NCBI GenBank assembly: GCA_004764695.1
Contig: SMSO01000037.1
Coordinates: 472,747 to 536,746 of the forward strand
DNA: 64,000 nucleotides
Direction: 5' to 3'
Origin: Schizochytrium sp. TIO01
Taxonomy: Eukaryota; Protista; Bigyra: Labyrinthulomycetes
Numbering within the stretch: position 1 is the stretch's first letter; each line of letters begins with the position of its first letter. A model generated the notes under the pieces. It had not been told where the DNA came from. It was given only the letters and a program-made list of their open reading frames with translations, and did no database searches. Shown here piece by piece: positions 31,689 through 43,770 of the stretch. Made by a program: the position numbers and the translations under genes.

Positions 31689-33713
31689 ATGGCGTCTATT
31701 TCTTTGCCACCGTTTCTGAAGAAATTGCAAGAGATTTCCAAGAGCTGTGATCCCAGTATTGCAGGGTGGAGCGACGATGGCAAAAGATTTGTTGTGAAGA
31801 GCGATCGTTTCGAGCTTGAGGTTGTGAGCAAATTCTTCAAGGGAACTCTTGGTACTTTCATTCGGCAGCTTCACTTTTATGGATTCAAGAAATCAGATCA
31901 TGTTGGCGAGGAGTGGTCCTTTGAACATCCGAAGTTCGAACGCGATTTTCCAGCAAGTATCTATGATATTCGCCGTAAGACTAGGCAAGACAAAGAGAGC
32001 GCAGCTTCTAAGAGTGAAGTTCGCGCTCTCCGTCATGAGGTGCATGACTTGCGTCGTGAGATGGACGAGATGAGGTCCTTCATGCAAGATATGAAGGGTC
32101 AGTTGGACCTATTATTGCGTGCTGGGGTTGGTAGTGCAGGGGGCATTGGCAACAACGGTGGAGGAAACAAGGGAAACAGCAGCTCCAATGCCAAGGGTAC
32201 AGCTGCTGGTGGTGCACAGGGTCGTAGCCACAACCTTTTACAAATTCTTCAGCAACAAGCTGCTGCCTCGCAGCCTCTACCTACTCGCATGGGCAGTATG
32301 GACTCTGGGGAAAATCATATTAATAATTCTTCAGCTTACCAGCATAGTAACAATAACAGTGCGCCTAACCCACCCCAAGTACGAAGGCACCAACATCAAA
32401 GTCAGCACCAGAACCGGCATGGTGCACCCTTGCACCAGTCACGTCCCAGCTCCCGTCCTCAGCAACCGCAACAGCAGCAGCAACACCAAAACTCAAATCT
32501 GTCCACAAGCAATAAGCGAACTCGTCATGATCACAACACAGAACCACGAGGTGCCCCGAAGCGAGCACGCGATGATTCCTCTTCATTATCTTCATCCTCC
32601 CGATCGAACGAATTTGAACCGAGCTACTTACCCTTTCAAGATGGCACGAACCCCGGACTTGACGAACTAGAAATGGACATTCCACAAGAGGATGATGAGT
32701 TTGATGCCATGAAGAAATTCAAAGAAGTCGGTCCTGTATTTGATGCAGCAGGACTTGAGGATTTTTCAGACTTGTTTCTTGGCATGGATGACGACTTTTC
32801 GTTACTTCCATCCATGGACAGCCAGGATGTTCGGGGTCCAGAAACGTCCCGTTCACAGCAATCGTTTTCCTCGTCCTCCTCATCCTCCTCATCTTCATCA
32901 GTGGCTGGCAAGCACATGCGGGAGCCAAGGAGTGTCTCTGGTGCGTCAACACCTTCGGTGGCTGTGTCACAAGGCCATGAAGGGGAGGAACGCATCGTTG
33001 TAAAGAATCCCATGTGCCCCGTTTTTAAGGAGGCCAGCCAAAGGTACGAATGCCGCATTCTCGTTCGTAAGTCAGCTACGCGCGAAGTTCAGTTGCCAAA
33101 TGAACATTTTGCAGGCTTCATGTCAAAATTTGTTGAGCAAGCCATGCTCTTGCATAAACGCAATATGCTTACTGGTGATATTGATCCCGAGTTGGAAATT
33201 TTTGTTCATGCGAGTTTACCGTCCGAGTCCCCTCTGAAGGATATGCTTATTTACGCAACCCCTTATGTCCGTACAGTCTTAGTGAATGTTCTCACCGATA
33301 TCTCCTTGGGTGACTGGCAGTCATCAGTCGACCACGCTCTAGGTCCGTATGCTGAGAAGCAGGATGGGACTTTTCTTGCTCGCACTTTTCTCTCCTTCAA
33401 CTTTGGCAATGTGCGTAAGGAAGTGGATGGCGATAGCTTCATGCAGTTCATGGCATTTATTCTGAAAGCCGCTGTTAATGATGACCCTCGCGCCCCGATG
33501 CCAGATATTGATGAGAATCACAGTCCGTTTTTGCGTGCCTTCTCTCAATATTTCAAACCTGACGTCCAGCGTGTCATGGCCACTGCGCAGATGAAGTTCC
33601 ACGAGTATAAGATGAACTTGATGCTTCAGAAGGAAGGCAAACGAGGCCTCGACCACCCTGGCAAATGTCCGCACGCTCTTCCTTCTTCTTACAACTCCCG
33701 TAGCGCTGCATGA
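31689..33713 (+). CDS. HSF-type transcription factor with coiled coil, Q/S-rich region and orphan C-terminal domain
   Basis: PPFLKKLQEI, IAGWSDDGKRFVV, TFIRQLHFYGFKK and WSFEHPKF.R....IYDIRRK form the HSF DNA-binding domain. Heptad region VRALRHEVHDLRREMDEMRSFMQDMKGQLDLLL follows; acidic/aromatic activation-like segment DFSDLFLGMDDDFSLL. Confidence 0.95.
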   Translation: MASISLPPFLKKLQEISKSCDPSIAGWSDDGKRFVVKSDRFELEVVSKFFKGTLGTFIRQLHFYGFKKSDHVGEEWSFEHPKFERDFPASIYDIRRKTRQDKESAASKSEVRALRHEVHDLRREMDEMRSFMQDMKGQLDLLLRAGVGSAGGIGNNGGGNKGNSSSNAKGTAAGGAQGRSHNLLQILQQQAAASQPLPTRMGSMDSGENHINNSSAYQHSNNNSAPNPPQVRRHQHQSQHQNRHGAPLHQSRPSSRPQQPQQQQQHQNSNLSTSNKRTRHDHNTEPRGAPKRARDDSSSLSSSSRSNEFEPSYLPFQDGTNPGLDELEMDIPQEDDEFDAMKKFKEVGPVFDAAGLEDFSDLFLGMDDDFSLLPSMDSQDVRGPETSRSQQSFSSSSSSSSSSSVAGKHMREPRSVSGASTPSVAVSQGHEGEERIVVKNPMCPVFKEASQRYECRILVRKSATREVQLPNEHFAGFMSKFVEQAMLLHKRNMLTGDIDPELEIFVHASLPSESPLKDMLIYATPYVRTVLVNVLTDISLGDWQSSVDHALGPYAEKQDGTFLARTFLSFNFGNVRKEVDGDSFMQFMAFILKAAVNDDPRAPMPDIDENHSPFLRAFSQYFKPDVQRVMATAQMKFHEYKMNLMLQKEGKRGLDHPGKCPHALPSSYNSRSAA

Positions 33714-34950
33714 ACAAACCCCTCTCAAAGCTACTGCTCAGATAATATGTTCTTGCCAGTTTCTGTGTGTGTTGTGCTCTCCCCCAACCATCGATTTAGT
33801 GCACCGCGAGGATCCTTCCTCTTAAATTCTCATTTATTTTCTTGTATTTGTCTGTCTGTGCACATACGTGCACCTGTATGCATATCCCTTGCTACTCCAA
33901 TCCTCGTCCGATGCCGATGAACTTGTCATAGCTTACGCGGCCTTCTTCTCCTGACTAGACCAAAATTTTCAGTCCAGCGATATCAAACCAAAATTATGTA
34001 TTAATTCAATCTTCTCTTTACTTCTTTCTTTCTCATGTTTTGGAAGAAAGAGGAGACAAGACAAAACAAGGTTGCGAGAAACTGTTTAACGTTCCGAAAT
34101 TCTGAGGGATTGGAGGGGGAAAGGGGTGAAAATGTACAGGAAAATCTTTTAGTCAGTAAATGCCGAGAAAGCACCTACAGCGTGGACAGCTATGCCTTAA
34201 CTCAATACAGAGTATGTGACTTTTATTGTATGAGTAGCTGGCATGATTTTCCTCCAAAGATTGAAAGGAACGACACAATACTACAAAGTTATGGAATCAA
34301 AGACTCTGCAATTTGCGTTTTCATAAGCTATGAAGTGATGTTATTGGGTTTCTACTTAAGCCTTAAAAGTTAATTTTGAAAAAAATTATTGAAAAAAAAA
34401 AGTTATGAAAACAAAAAAATGTCTTGACTAAGTAAATGGTAATACTAACAATACTAACAATAGTATTAGTGGTATATACTTTGTAAGTAACAGAGGAAGA
34501 TTCAACGATAACGATAACCAAGTAAAAAATAAGACGAAAGTAAAGAAGAGGTGGGTTATTAATGTTTAAATGGCATAAGAACGAGAGAAACTAAAAATTA
34601 CCACTCCAGCAGCAATCGACTTTTGCACGCCAAAGATATTATAAAGAATCGCATTCCACATCCATGAAGGTAGACTCAGTAAACGACTGCATAAGTTTTC
34701 CATTTGTTTGAAGCGATTATTCATCTGCTGTTTAAATTAATACTTCAGCTGGATGACGCTATCGATCATCAAACAGAAATCAAGTGCCTAGAATGAATTC
34801 ATCCCATCGTCAAAGTTGAAGCAGTCATACAAATGATTCATCATGACCAATTGCCTCGTGTCATAACATGCAAGGTTATTGAAGTAGTAGTGTAGTTCGG
34901 CTTCCGAAGTAATTAACAGGTTTGAAAGTATGATAAACAGGCGGTTTCAA

Positions 34951-37050
34951 TCAGGGTGCTCTTGTAGAGGAAGGAATGGCATTACTCGTACCCAGATTCA
35001 GGTTGGTCATGACTGCTTCTTCGTATATAGTCATTTCTGTGGCAACTCGGAATCTTGGCCACGGCATGGATGGGGAAACCAGCGATCTAGATAATGCTCC
35101 AAAGTACATTTCTACAAGAGTAAGAATTCGGGGAATTACTTTAAAGGTGTCCTCCGTTTTCATCAAAAGTCTGTAAGCTGCGCGCCCCAAGACGACCGTT
35201 GCTCTGCGGTCCCTCTGCATCGCGACGGAAAAGGGCTCAGCAACCCACTCTAAATCATTCTGGTTAGCAGATAGCTCCAGAACTCCAAGTTGAAGTGATA
35301 CTACTGCCTGACGAAAACTACGGGAGGTTCTGACCACATCCCAAACATTAGACTTGAAGAAGCAAAACATTGTGCCTTCTCGAATCTCTTTAAACTCGCG
35401 GAACGCTTCGGGCCATCCTGTCGTCGAGCTCTGTGCATCAGTGTCAATTGCCCAATCAACCTCACATATCCTGCAAATTTCGCAGAGAGCAAGGCGATCC
35501 GAGTCGCTACAGTCGATATTCATGCCAGCAATAGATTCTTCCTCGGTTTCATCACTGTTACTGACAGCAGTTTTACAGTACCCTGAACCAGCGGAGCTAC
35601 CGGTCTTTTGGCCTGTGCTCTTTCGGGAGTCATCATTGCTTCCTGAGCTGCTACTGTCACCGGTGCTACTAGAGCTGGAGAAGGGCACTTGGTTTTGGGA
35701 GGCCTCCCCGCCGGATTCATTTGGTCTTCCAATTGAGGCTGCCGAATCGCTCGAGTTCGATCCGTCGCGGTCCGCAGCATCATCTGCAGCATCGTCATCT
35801 CTATTTGAGGCACTCACGCGCTCAGCAGAGGTGGTGTTTGCGTTGCTTTGAACACCGGGCAAGGAAGCAGCAGAGGAAATTTGTGAGCGACTTGAGCTTG
35901 ATTCTAAGTCCGCAACTTCACTCCCAGCGCCACTTTGATCTCCAGACATACCCCCACGGCTACGAGAAGTGCTATGCCGGTAATACTGTCTGTTGAGGAG
36001 TGCCATAGGAGTCTCTGTGGAGCTCCTGCAATGGGCGTTCTCACTATTGTTTGTCCATTCCACAGCTGGGATAGCACTGCTCGCAGTTTCGAGCAAGCTC
36101 AACGCACGATCAGACAAAGGCAAGGAGTTTTGTTGTTGTTGCATTTTCAGCTCTAGCAATTGTTGCTGTCTTTGTTGCTGACGACGTGAAATTGGATTCT
36201 GCTGAGACGAAGCAGATGATGAGGATGACGACAACATAGCAGTTTGTTTGGCCCGGTTCAGCACGGCGGCAGCGGCAGCCGCTGCTACAGCCGAGGCCGC
36301 CGAAGCAGCAGTTATATGATTGGGTGCAGTCTCTGGCGCCACAGGCAAGCTGTTACGGTGTGCACGAATACTCTCCTGTTGTCCATTGCTGTCATCATCC
36401 ATATCTTCAGAGAGAGATCGGTTTTTATGTGCGTTACTACTGTCACGCTTACTTGTATTGTGAGTTTGATGGTGATAGTTGTGGTGTTGCCTGTGATGGT
36501 GTCTGTGCTTGTCGTACAAGTCAGAATCTGCTGTAGATGCAGATGGTGACCCAGCGGCGCGCTTGTGCTTGTATGAAGGCGCGGAAATTGATGAACCAAA
36601 ACGGTTCTGTTGCGGGGATGCCTCATCGTCGCCATCGTCGTGATCTTCCTCAGAGGATGCTTCGTGATGGGTGTTTCTAATTCGAGAGCGTGCACTGTGC
36701 TCTTCAACAAGTTTGCCTCCGTTGTAAGTAGGCGACACAGCCTCGCGTTCTCCTGGTGATCCCGCCGTTCTTGGCCTTTTAGAGCGTGGTGCAGTGAACC
36801 CTGATGTGTTATTGTTGATGCCATTTGGTGTGTTTGGTGCTGGGTGAGACTCACCACCTGCAAATCCTCTTGTAGTCTTAGTAGGTGCGTTGGGATCACC
36901 TTCGTTTTCATTATCAAAAGCAATTTTGTGTGACCTCACTAGGGTGTTTCTTTGTTGCTGCTGCCTTAACTCATCTCTTTGCATTGTAGCGCCTTCTGTT
37001 TGATCTTCACTTCTGCTGGAGGTCCTCAACTCCTTTTTGTCAGCACTCAT
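34951..37050 (-). CDS. Low-complexity (Ser/His/Gln/Ala) protein with an orphan C-terminal domain of about 170 aa
   Basis: Long open frame, first ATG at 37050. The frame stays open back to a plausible 3' splice site TTAACAG/G near 37137. Globular-looking C-terminus starting CSDSDRLALCEICRIC; convergent with HSF. Confidence 0.8.
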   Translation of the reverse strand: MSADKKELRTSSRSEDQTEGATMQRDELRQQQQRNTLVRSHKIAFDNENEGDPNAPTKTTRGFAGGESHPAPNTPNGINNNTSGFTAPRSKRPRTAGSPGEREAVSPTYNGGKLVEEHSARSRIRNTHHEASSEEDHDDGDDEASPQQNRFGSSISAPSYKHKRAAGSPSASTADSDLYDKHRHHHRQHHNYHHQTHNTSKRDSSNAHKNRSLSEDMDDDSNGQQESIRAHRNSLPVAPETAPNHITAASAASAVAAAAAAAVLNRAKQTAMLSSSSSSASSQQNPISRRQQQRQQQLLELKMQQQQNSLPLSDRALSLLETASSAIPAVEWTNNSENAHCRSSTETPMALLNRQYYRHSTSRSRGGMSGDQSGAGSEVADLESSSSRSQISSAASLPGVQSNANTTSAERVSASNRDDDAADDAADRDGSNSSDSAASIGRPNESGGEASQNQVPFSSSSSTGDSSSSGSNDDSRKSTGQKTGSSAGSGYCKTAVSNSDETEEESIAGMNIDCSDSDRLALCEICRICEVDWAIDTDAQSSTTGWPEAFREFKEIREGTMFCFFKSNVWDVVRTSRSFRQAVVSLQLGVLELSANQNDLEWVAEPFSVAMQRDRRATVVLGRAAYRLLMKTEDTFKVIPRILTLVEMYFGALSRSLVSPSMPWPRFRVATEMTIYEEAVMTNLNLGTSNAIPSSTRAP

Positions 37051-37416
37051 TTTGCTGAGCGCGTCGAAACCTAAAGACACGATTGTGCTGTTTAGTTTGT
37101 CTCGGTCACCCAGAATGCGTTTCAGGGTAATGTCAACCTGTTAACACCAAGGCCTGAGATTCTTCGTTGTCGTGGCTGTTACAGAGAAGGGTGGTACGTA
37201 AGTAAGCAAGCAAGCAAGCCTTATCTGTCTATCAACAAGAGCTCCAGGCCAAACACAAGAACGAAAAGCCCCCACTAAAATAAATCGACGGCCTTAAAAC
37301 AACTATCTCACTAGGCCTTCCTTTACCGCGCACTCAGGTCTCTTTCTGAGTCGCGTTCTTGTCGTCACGCGATCCACAGCAGCACTGCGCTACGCTGGGG
37401 TGTGCTGTGCTGAGCT

Positions 37417-37447
<31 letters not shown>

Positions 37448-38209
37448 CAGCGAGCCAGCGAGTCGTCTGTACTAATTCTCGACTAATCGAAGTTTACCGC
37501 CAACAAAAAACCGCACAAAGAGAAAAAGGAAACAAAGAAGCAGATGGAGCTAAAAATACCGAAAGACCACAAACGACCAGATAGGGGAAAAAGCAGAAGA
37601 AACCCAAAACAGAGAAGCAAACAGAGGGGAAAGTGAAAAGAGAAAAAGAAAGAAAGAAAAAAGAAACAGGAAGAAAAGAAAAGCTCAGAGAGAAAGAAAA
37701 TCAATCAGGCCAGCTCACTTGCTAGCGCAGCTTGATTAAGTCCTACCGCGCGTCTACTATCTCTCGCTCTCGCTCTCTCCTCCTTCTCCGCTCGCGCCGC
37801 CGAGCCCTCGCTCGCCGCTCGCCGCCCGGTCTACCCCGCCTGCGTGCGTGCTGTCGCCCTGGTCCCGTCCCGCGGCTCACTCCGTAAGGTAAGTCGCTGC
37901 GAAGGCGGCCGGAAGAAAGTCACCGACGAATGAGGACAAATGAAGGAGGCTCGGCTCGACCCTGCTCGCGTCCGAATCCCGCTCGCGCTGAGGCCGCTGC
38001 TGCTGCTGCTGCTGCTGCTGCTTGTTTCTTCGAGACGCCAAAGCCGCAGGAGGTGCCTGCTGTGACGCTGCTACGCGCACTTGGTCTCGTCGTCGTCGCC
38101 GTCGCCGGCTGCGGTCGTTGGCTGCTCGCCTGGCTGCCTAATTAGTTTCTGCTGGTGGTTTGTTTCTTGAATGACTGAAGGTGAGGAATAATGGAGAAAT
38201 CAAAAGACA

Positions 38210-38412
38210 ATCAATCAATCAAACAAACAAACAAACAAACAAACAAACAAACAATCAGCAAAGACTCGTAAAAGTACTATATTCATCATTTATGCTCAGA
38301 CAGGCAAGTTCAAGCACTCCTTTGAATAAAAGAGAAGAAAGGAGAGAGGCAGGAAAGAGGGAGGGAGGGAAGGAAGGGAGGAAGAACAAAAGAAAGGGGA
38401 GAAAGGAAGAAC

Positions 38413-38443
<31 letters not shown>

Positions 38444-38470
38444 GAGGGAAGGAAGGAAGGAAGGAGGGAA
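38210..38470. repeat. Compound microsatellite and purine tract: (ATCA)n(AAAC)n then (GAAA)n/(GGAA)n
   Basis: Direct inspection. Confidence 0.85.
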
Positions 38471-39364
38471 GAGTTATTCTTTTAAAAGTAGAAAGCCAAA
38501 AAGACGAGGGAGAAATAGCTGCGGGAAAACGTTCAAGAAATGTAGGAGGAAATCTCTGTCCTTGCATTTGACTGCGGGAGAAAGTGCCCCTCCCAACGCG
38601 AATCAGGCATCGGGTCTCCCTCTCAGGTTTCGAGCAAAGTATGCTCTTACTATAACTTCGCTGTAGGACCGAGAGACAGCAGGCCTCGGAAGGAAGGGAG
38701 AAGAAACAGCCAGAAGTTGAGAATAAAGGCTTCGAAAGAAAGAAAGACAAATGCCGAGTCAGGTAGTCCTCTTCAACACGAAACATAGCGACCGCCTGAC
38801 TCCGCCTCTTCTCTCTCCCTCTTCATCTCTCCCTGCTCAGCCCTATTCCAAGCCCTGCTCAGCCTTTGTTCAGCCTGGGCCCGTGCTATGCGACGAGGCG
38901 TCGGGCATGAGGCGCCTCTGCCACGCCACACAAAGCACCTCACGAGAGGCCTACTTGCGAATAGGGAAAATAGCAAGAGCTCGAAAGAGGAGCAAGCAAG
39001 CAAACAAACAAACAAGCAATTAATTAAATTAAATAAACAATTAATTAAATAAATAAACAAATCCATCACCAGTCACAGATCACGATTTGCCAAAAAGCTA
39101 AAATAAACAGGTAGATCAACAATAAAAACATTATACTTCAATTTCTCAAAATAGAATCAAACTACCGTGACGTAGGTATATATATTTAATTCTAATCGAG
39201 ACAAATCGATCAACAAAGAGATTTTCCATGCACAGCAGCCAAACAGGTGAAGGAATGAATGTTCACATCGACAACCCAAACAAAGTCTTTCCATGAATCC
39301 GCTGTCCTCCCTCCCGTCTTACCTGCTTACTATACACGAGTGTTCGAGGGTTCCTTTCACTATT

Positions 39365-39368
<4 letters not shown>

Positions 39369-39402
<34 letters not shown>
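39369..39402. repeat. (CT)17 microsatellite
   Basis: Perfect dinucleotide run. Confidence 0.95.
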
Positions 39403-39410
<8 letters not shown>

Positions 39411-41381
39411 GTACATCTCGTAGGACTGCCAACTAGCTGACCATACATACATAAATACATACATACATACATACGCACATACAAAATACAAACATACATG
39501 CTGTGGTTAGTCCCCTGCTACAGTTGAGGCTAGCTAGCTAGCTAGCTATCCTTTGAGCGCGCAATAAGCTTTAAGAGAAGAAGTGCAGCTCCTACCTCTA
39601 GGGCCTAGGTGGCGCTAGTATCAAAGGTGTAGCGTTTCCACTACCTGGCAGGGATAGTAGCAAGTCTCTTGTGTTCTATTTATGGGCAGGAGATATGAAA
39701 CTCGACGAAAGTTTGAAAAACAGACGCTAGCACCAGCTAGGTGCCAGTTAGGCGCCTCGGCAGATAGGAGGTGTTTCTTTTCTGCAGAGTTTCCCCTAGG
39801 CACCGCGCTAAAGGAAAACAAAAAAGCAGCAGAGGCACTCATTACGAAAGAATCTCTGCGAAAGCTCTCTCTCTTTCTCTCTCTCTCTGCTCGCAGGGCT
39901 AGAGCTCCTCTCTTCGCGCTCGGAGCAGTGCAGAAGAAGCCACAGGCCGCTTGAGCGCAGTCTGTGGCGGTGCCTTGAAAGCTATAGAGCTTGCCTGACT
40001 CGCCTTATTCCAAGCTTATTCCTGAGTTGCTCTTCCAGGCAGAAATAAAAACGCTAGTAAATAGGTCAAACAAGTAAATTCTCAAGCCTTCTCAGGCTTT
40101 CTCAGGCTTTCTTTCCCTGACTTGCATTGAAACCCATGAATGTTCAAACAAAGGATAATCAGACTTTGCTGTTTCTCTTCGCTGCCTGACTAAGTGAGCA
40201 AATAAATACTACGCAGACAGACAGACTCAGACAGACTCAGACAGACTACGCCTGATGGGCACTGCGTACTGCTAATAATGAGGCCGCCAATATGTACGGA
40301 TGAAAGAAAGCCTTTGTGCGATGATGCAGCATGCGGGAAACAAAGAAACAGACGAAATCGAGAAAGAAAGGAGAAGAGGAGAAGAGAAGGGCCTTTCTTC
40401 TTTCTTCCGCTAGCTACCAAAGTGCAGTTTTTGCTCCTAAACAGATATCTATATAATATTTTTTAAAGCTTTTTTTTTTTAGTTTTTAAAGTCACCGCTT
40501 GTGGACTGGTACACGAGGCAATCAATTAAAAAAATACGCGCTAAACTGATCACAAAGAAATGACGCTTTGCCAACAGCCTTCTCTTGCGCGAGCTTTGCG
40601 TAATGTGCTGATAGAGGCAGAGAGAGGCGCATTTGTTGGACGCGGCGTCTGTAATCAAGCTCCTATATGAACACCGCTGGAAAACTGCAGCAATGCACGG
40701 GTTGCCAGATATGTCTGAGAGATTACCAAACCAGAACAAAGAATCTTATTCTTCTTCAGTTATTTGTGGATGGGAGGAAACACTCATTCATCCAATCCTT
40801 CATTCATTCATTTCCCTCATACATCAAGCCTAGCTAGGTACGAACAAAGATAGAATTTGAAAGAAAGAAAGAAGAAGAAACAGAAAGCTATGAATAAGTA
40901 TGTTATTTAATTTTAATTATTATTTTTTAACAAAATGTTAGAAAGTGAAGTTAAAAGAGAAAGATAAAAACTCAGCAAACCTTGCAGCCAAAGATAAGCC
41001 GTATACACAGATGTTGTAGACGCCGAAGAGCACACAAGACTGACACGGTGCAGAGTGACGCCTTCCGAGGGTTTAATTAGGTACCCCACCCCCCCCCAGA
41101 ACCGTAGTGCTGTTCTTTCTCCCTTTCTCCCTCATATGCGTCGCCAAGGCTTACTCCTCAACCTTCTCTTTTACTCTTTTCAAAAAAGAAATTGAAAGGC
41201 AGTCCGAACACTTTCCAGTAGAGAAAATAAGACTGCGAAAACTAGCACTAGAAACAACTCCGCAGTGAAACAACATAGATCACTATTTTTAATTTTTCAT
41301 ATTTTATAAATAGAAGCTGCCTGCCTGCCTGACTGACTGATTGACTCGAAAGCAAGAAAGCAAGAAAGAAAGAAAGAAACC

Positions 41382-41500
41382 AACAAACAAACAAACAAAC
41401 AAACAAACAAACAAACAAACAAACAAACAAACAAACAAACAAACAAACATACAAACAAACAAACAAACAAACAAACAAACAAACAAACAAACAAACAAAC
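41382..41500. repeat. (AAAC)n array, about 29 units
   Basis: Near-perfect with one ATAC variant. Confidence 0.97.
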
Positions 41501-41756
41501 GAAAGAAATAAGCCGCCCACATCCCAGACCCTGAGTTTCTTCCGGCTAACCAAGGGCAGGTGCATCAGCGCTGGTCTGAGCCGCGCGGAGCTTCAGCCTC
41601 GTCCATGTGGCACAGCTCTTTCCACCGCCCCTCAAGGCCGACCGAGCCTTCGCCAAATCGCCTCGTGAAGGGCTGCCTCCGACCCCTGCCATTCTGCCTA
41701 GACAGGCCTAACCAGGGGTTCGCCTTTTTGAACCTTTGCCCTCAGACCTGTATGGC

Positions 41757-41958
41757 AACAAACAAACAAACAAACAAACAAACAAACAAACAAACAAACA
41801 AACAAACAAACAAACAAACAAACAAACAAACAAACAAACAAACAAACAAACAAACAAACAAACAAACAAACAAACAAACAAACAAACAAACAAACAAACA
41901 AACAAACAAACAAACAAACAAACAAACAAACAAACAAACAAACAAACAAACAAACAAA
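41757..41958. repeat. (AAAC)n array, about 50 units
   Basis: Perfect array of about 200 bp. Confidence 0.98.
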
Positions 41959-43770
41959 TAAGAACAGAGGAGGCCACCTCGCTAAGGTTGATCCTGGCCC
42001 TAACTGAGGACCTCTTAGTGCTGAGGCGGCCAGTGAGAGGGCCAGCCTTCTTTTCTTTTTTTTCTTTGTGCCAGCCTGAAACTGCCTGACTGACTGACTG
42101 ACTGACTGATCGATATGTCGCCCGCCATACTAATGATGTTTATATATTTTAAAGTTGATTCATCTATTTGTGTTTTTTTAAAATAAAGAATAGGTTAGTT
42201 TTTTTTGTTGGAGCGGGCTGGTAGGCGATAAAATATTCACCCCGACGCCGCAGCCAATGAAGACAAGGTCGGATTTTGGGATTCCACGGCGATGTGTGGA
42301 AAAGCAAGCTGCCTTCAGCCCTTGGTCGCCCTAGGAGCTTGGCGACCCCTTCAGCATACTGTGGATTTACGACCTTCGCCCAGAACCTTCGTAACTGCAC
42401 CAGCTTCTGTACTTTTGTTTCTTGATAACTGGTTTTGATTGGTTGTATTTCATTACAAAATGTAGAACGCTTTTTTAATTTTAAAAAAATAATAATAATA
42501 ACAATAATAATATTAAGAAGAAGAAGAATTGAATTAAAAATGTTCGAAATGAACAAGGCCTAATTCTATGAGAAAACATATTGAAAAAGAGTACAAGAGA
42601 AGAGTTAGGGTATCTCCTCGCTGGATTCCTAGATCTTGCCAGGACGGTCCGTTGTTTTCTCTCTCTAGAGGCAACTGCACTTTCTTTGCACAGGAAGGTG
42701 CAACAGCAATGAGGCAGAGAATGGAAAGTTCTTGAGTGGAAAATTAATTTCGATCGTTCAAAGAACTCGAATGGCTCACCGACCGACCGACCGACCGACC
42801 GGATAAATTGATTGATTGACTGCTTGCTTGCTTGCTTGCTTGCTTGTTTTATTTTATTACGTGATTCGTACATACATGTACATAAAACAGTTTTGTTTCT
42901 TTCTTTTTCTACACCAATGCTGCTTCTTCTTCTAATTTGTTGAACTCAAAAAAAATGATAAACCAAATCAGCGCCGCCTTTGAGAACCATTCACGCGGAA
43001 ACTGTGAAAAAACTGGTCATGGGCGCCGCCAATGATACCTATGCTTTCGCAGCGAGCCTCGCAAATATCCAACGGAAAGCTTCCTACTACGCAGGCGCAG
43101 CTAGGTAGAAAAACAAACAGCAGCAAGTAGGATTAAAAGATGGCCGCAATCACGAATATGACGTTGCCTCAAAGCACTGTTACCCGACAGGGTTCCAGGA
43201 GAAGAGGCTTCAGATCTTACTACATCGCCAAACAGCTCATCTCAAACGGCCTTTGGAGCGCTCGAAAGCAAATCGGTGGCTAAATATAGTGAAAAGGAGA
43301 AATGAACAAATAAGGAACAAAATAAAAGCGGAAGCATGGATGGAACTCGATTCACTCAGACTCACTCACTCATTGTTGGCAAAACTACGGTTTTTTGCTT
43401 CTCGCTTCTCGCAAAAAGCTTAGTTTTTACTCCTCTGCTTTCCTTCTTTCCTTCTCCTCGGAGCGCCGAGGCAGCTTCTGTAGTATCGGTGCACTTTCAC
43501 GTTATAGAAACTTTATAGATCAAGATCTATCAAATACACATTCCTACAGAAGAGCCCATGCATAGATAGAAAGGAAGTTTGCCTTGTCTGCTGAGCAAGT
43601 CCTAAATATCGCCTATGCACTAGCAGGTGCCTATCTTTAGCTAGCTACGAGCTCGAAGAATATAGCCCCTGTAAAGCAGTTGATTGTGTTATTCTTCTTT
43701 CTTTCTTTCTTTCTTTGTGCACTTGGCCTTGCCTTACTGCGCTGGTACTGGTACTACCCACCTCCAAAGC

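Noticed and set aside
31857-31875. CGG codon reassignment suggested by the odd tRNA(CCG)
   Set aside because: The invariant Arg of the HSF motif FIRQL is encoded by CGG (TTC ATT CGG CAG), so CGG is read as Arg.
37483-40833. Many short Phe/Leu- or Lys/Arg-rich ORFs
   Set aside because: Derived from purine/pyrimidine tracts and microsatellites.
41382-41958. CRISPR array or telomere
   Set aside because: 4-bp unit with no spacers or cas genes; not a TTAGGG-like repeat; internal position.
41248-42089. ORFs made of FVCL or QTNK repeats
   Set aside because: Translations of (AAAC)n microsatellites.
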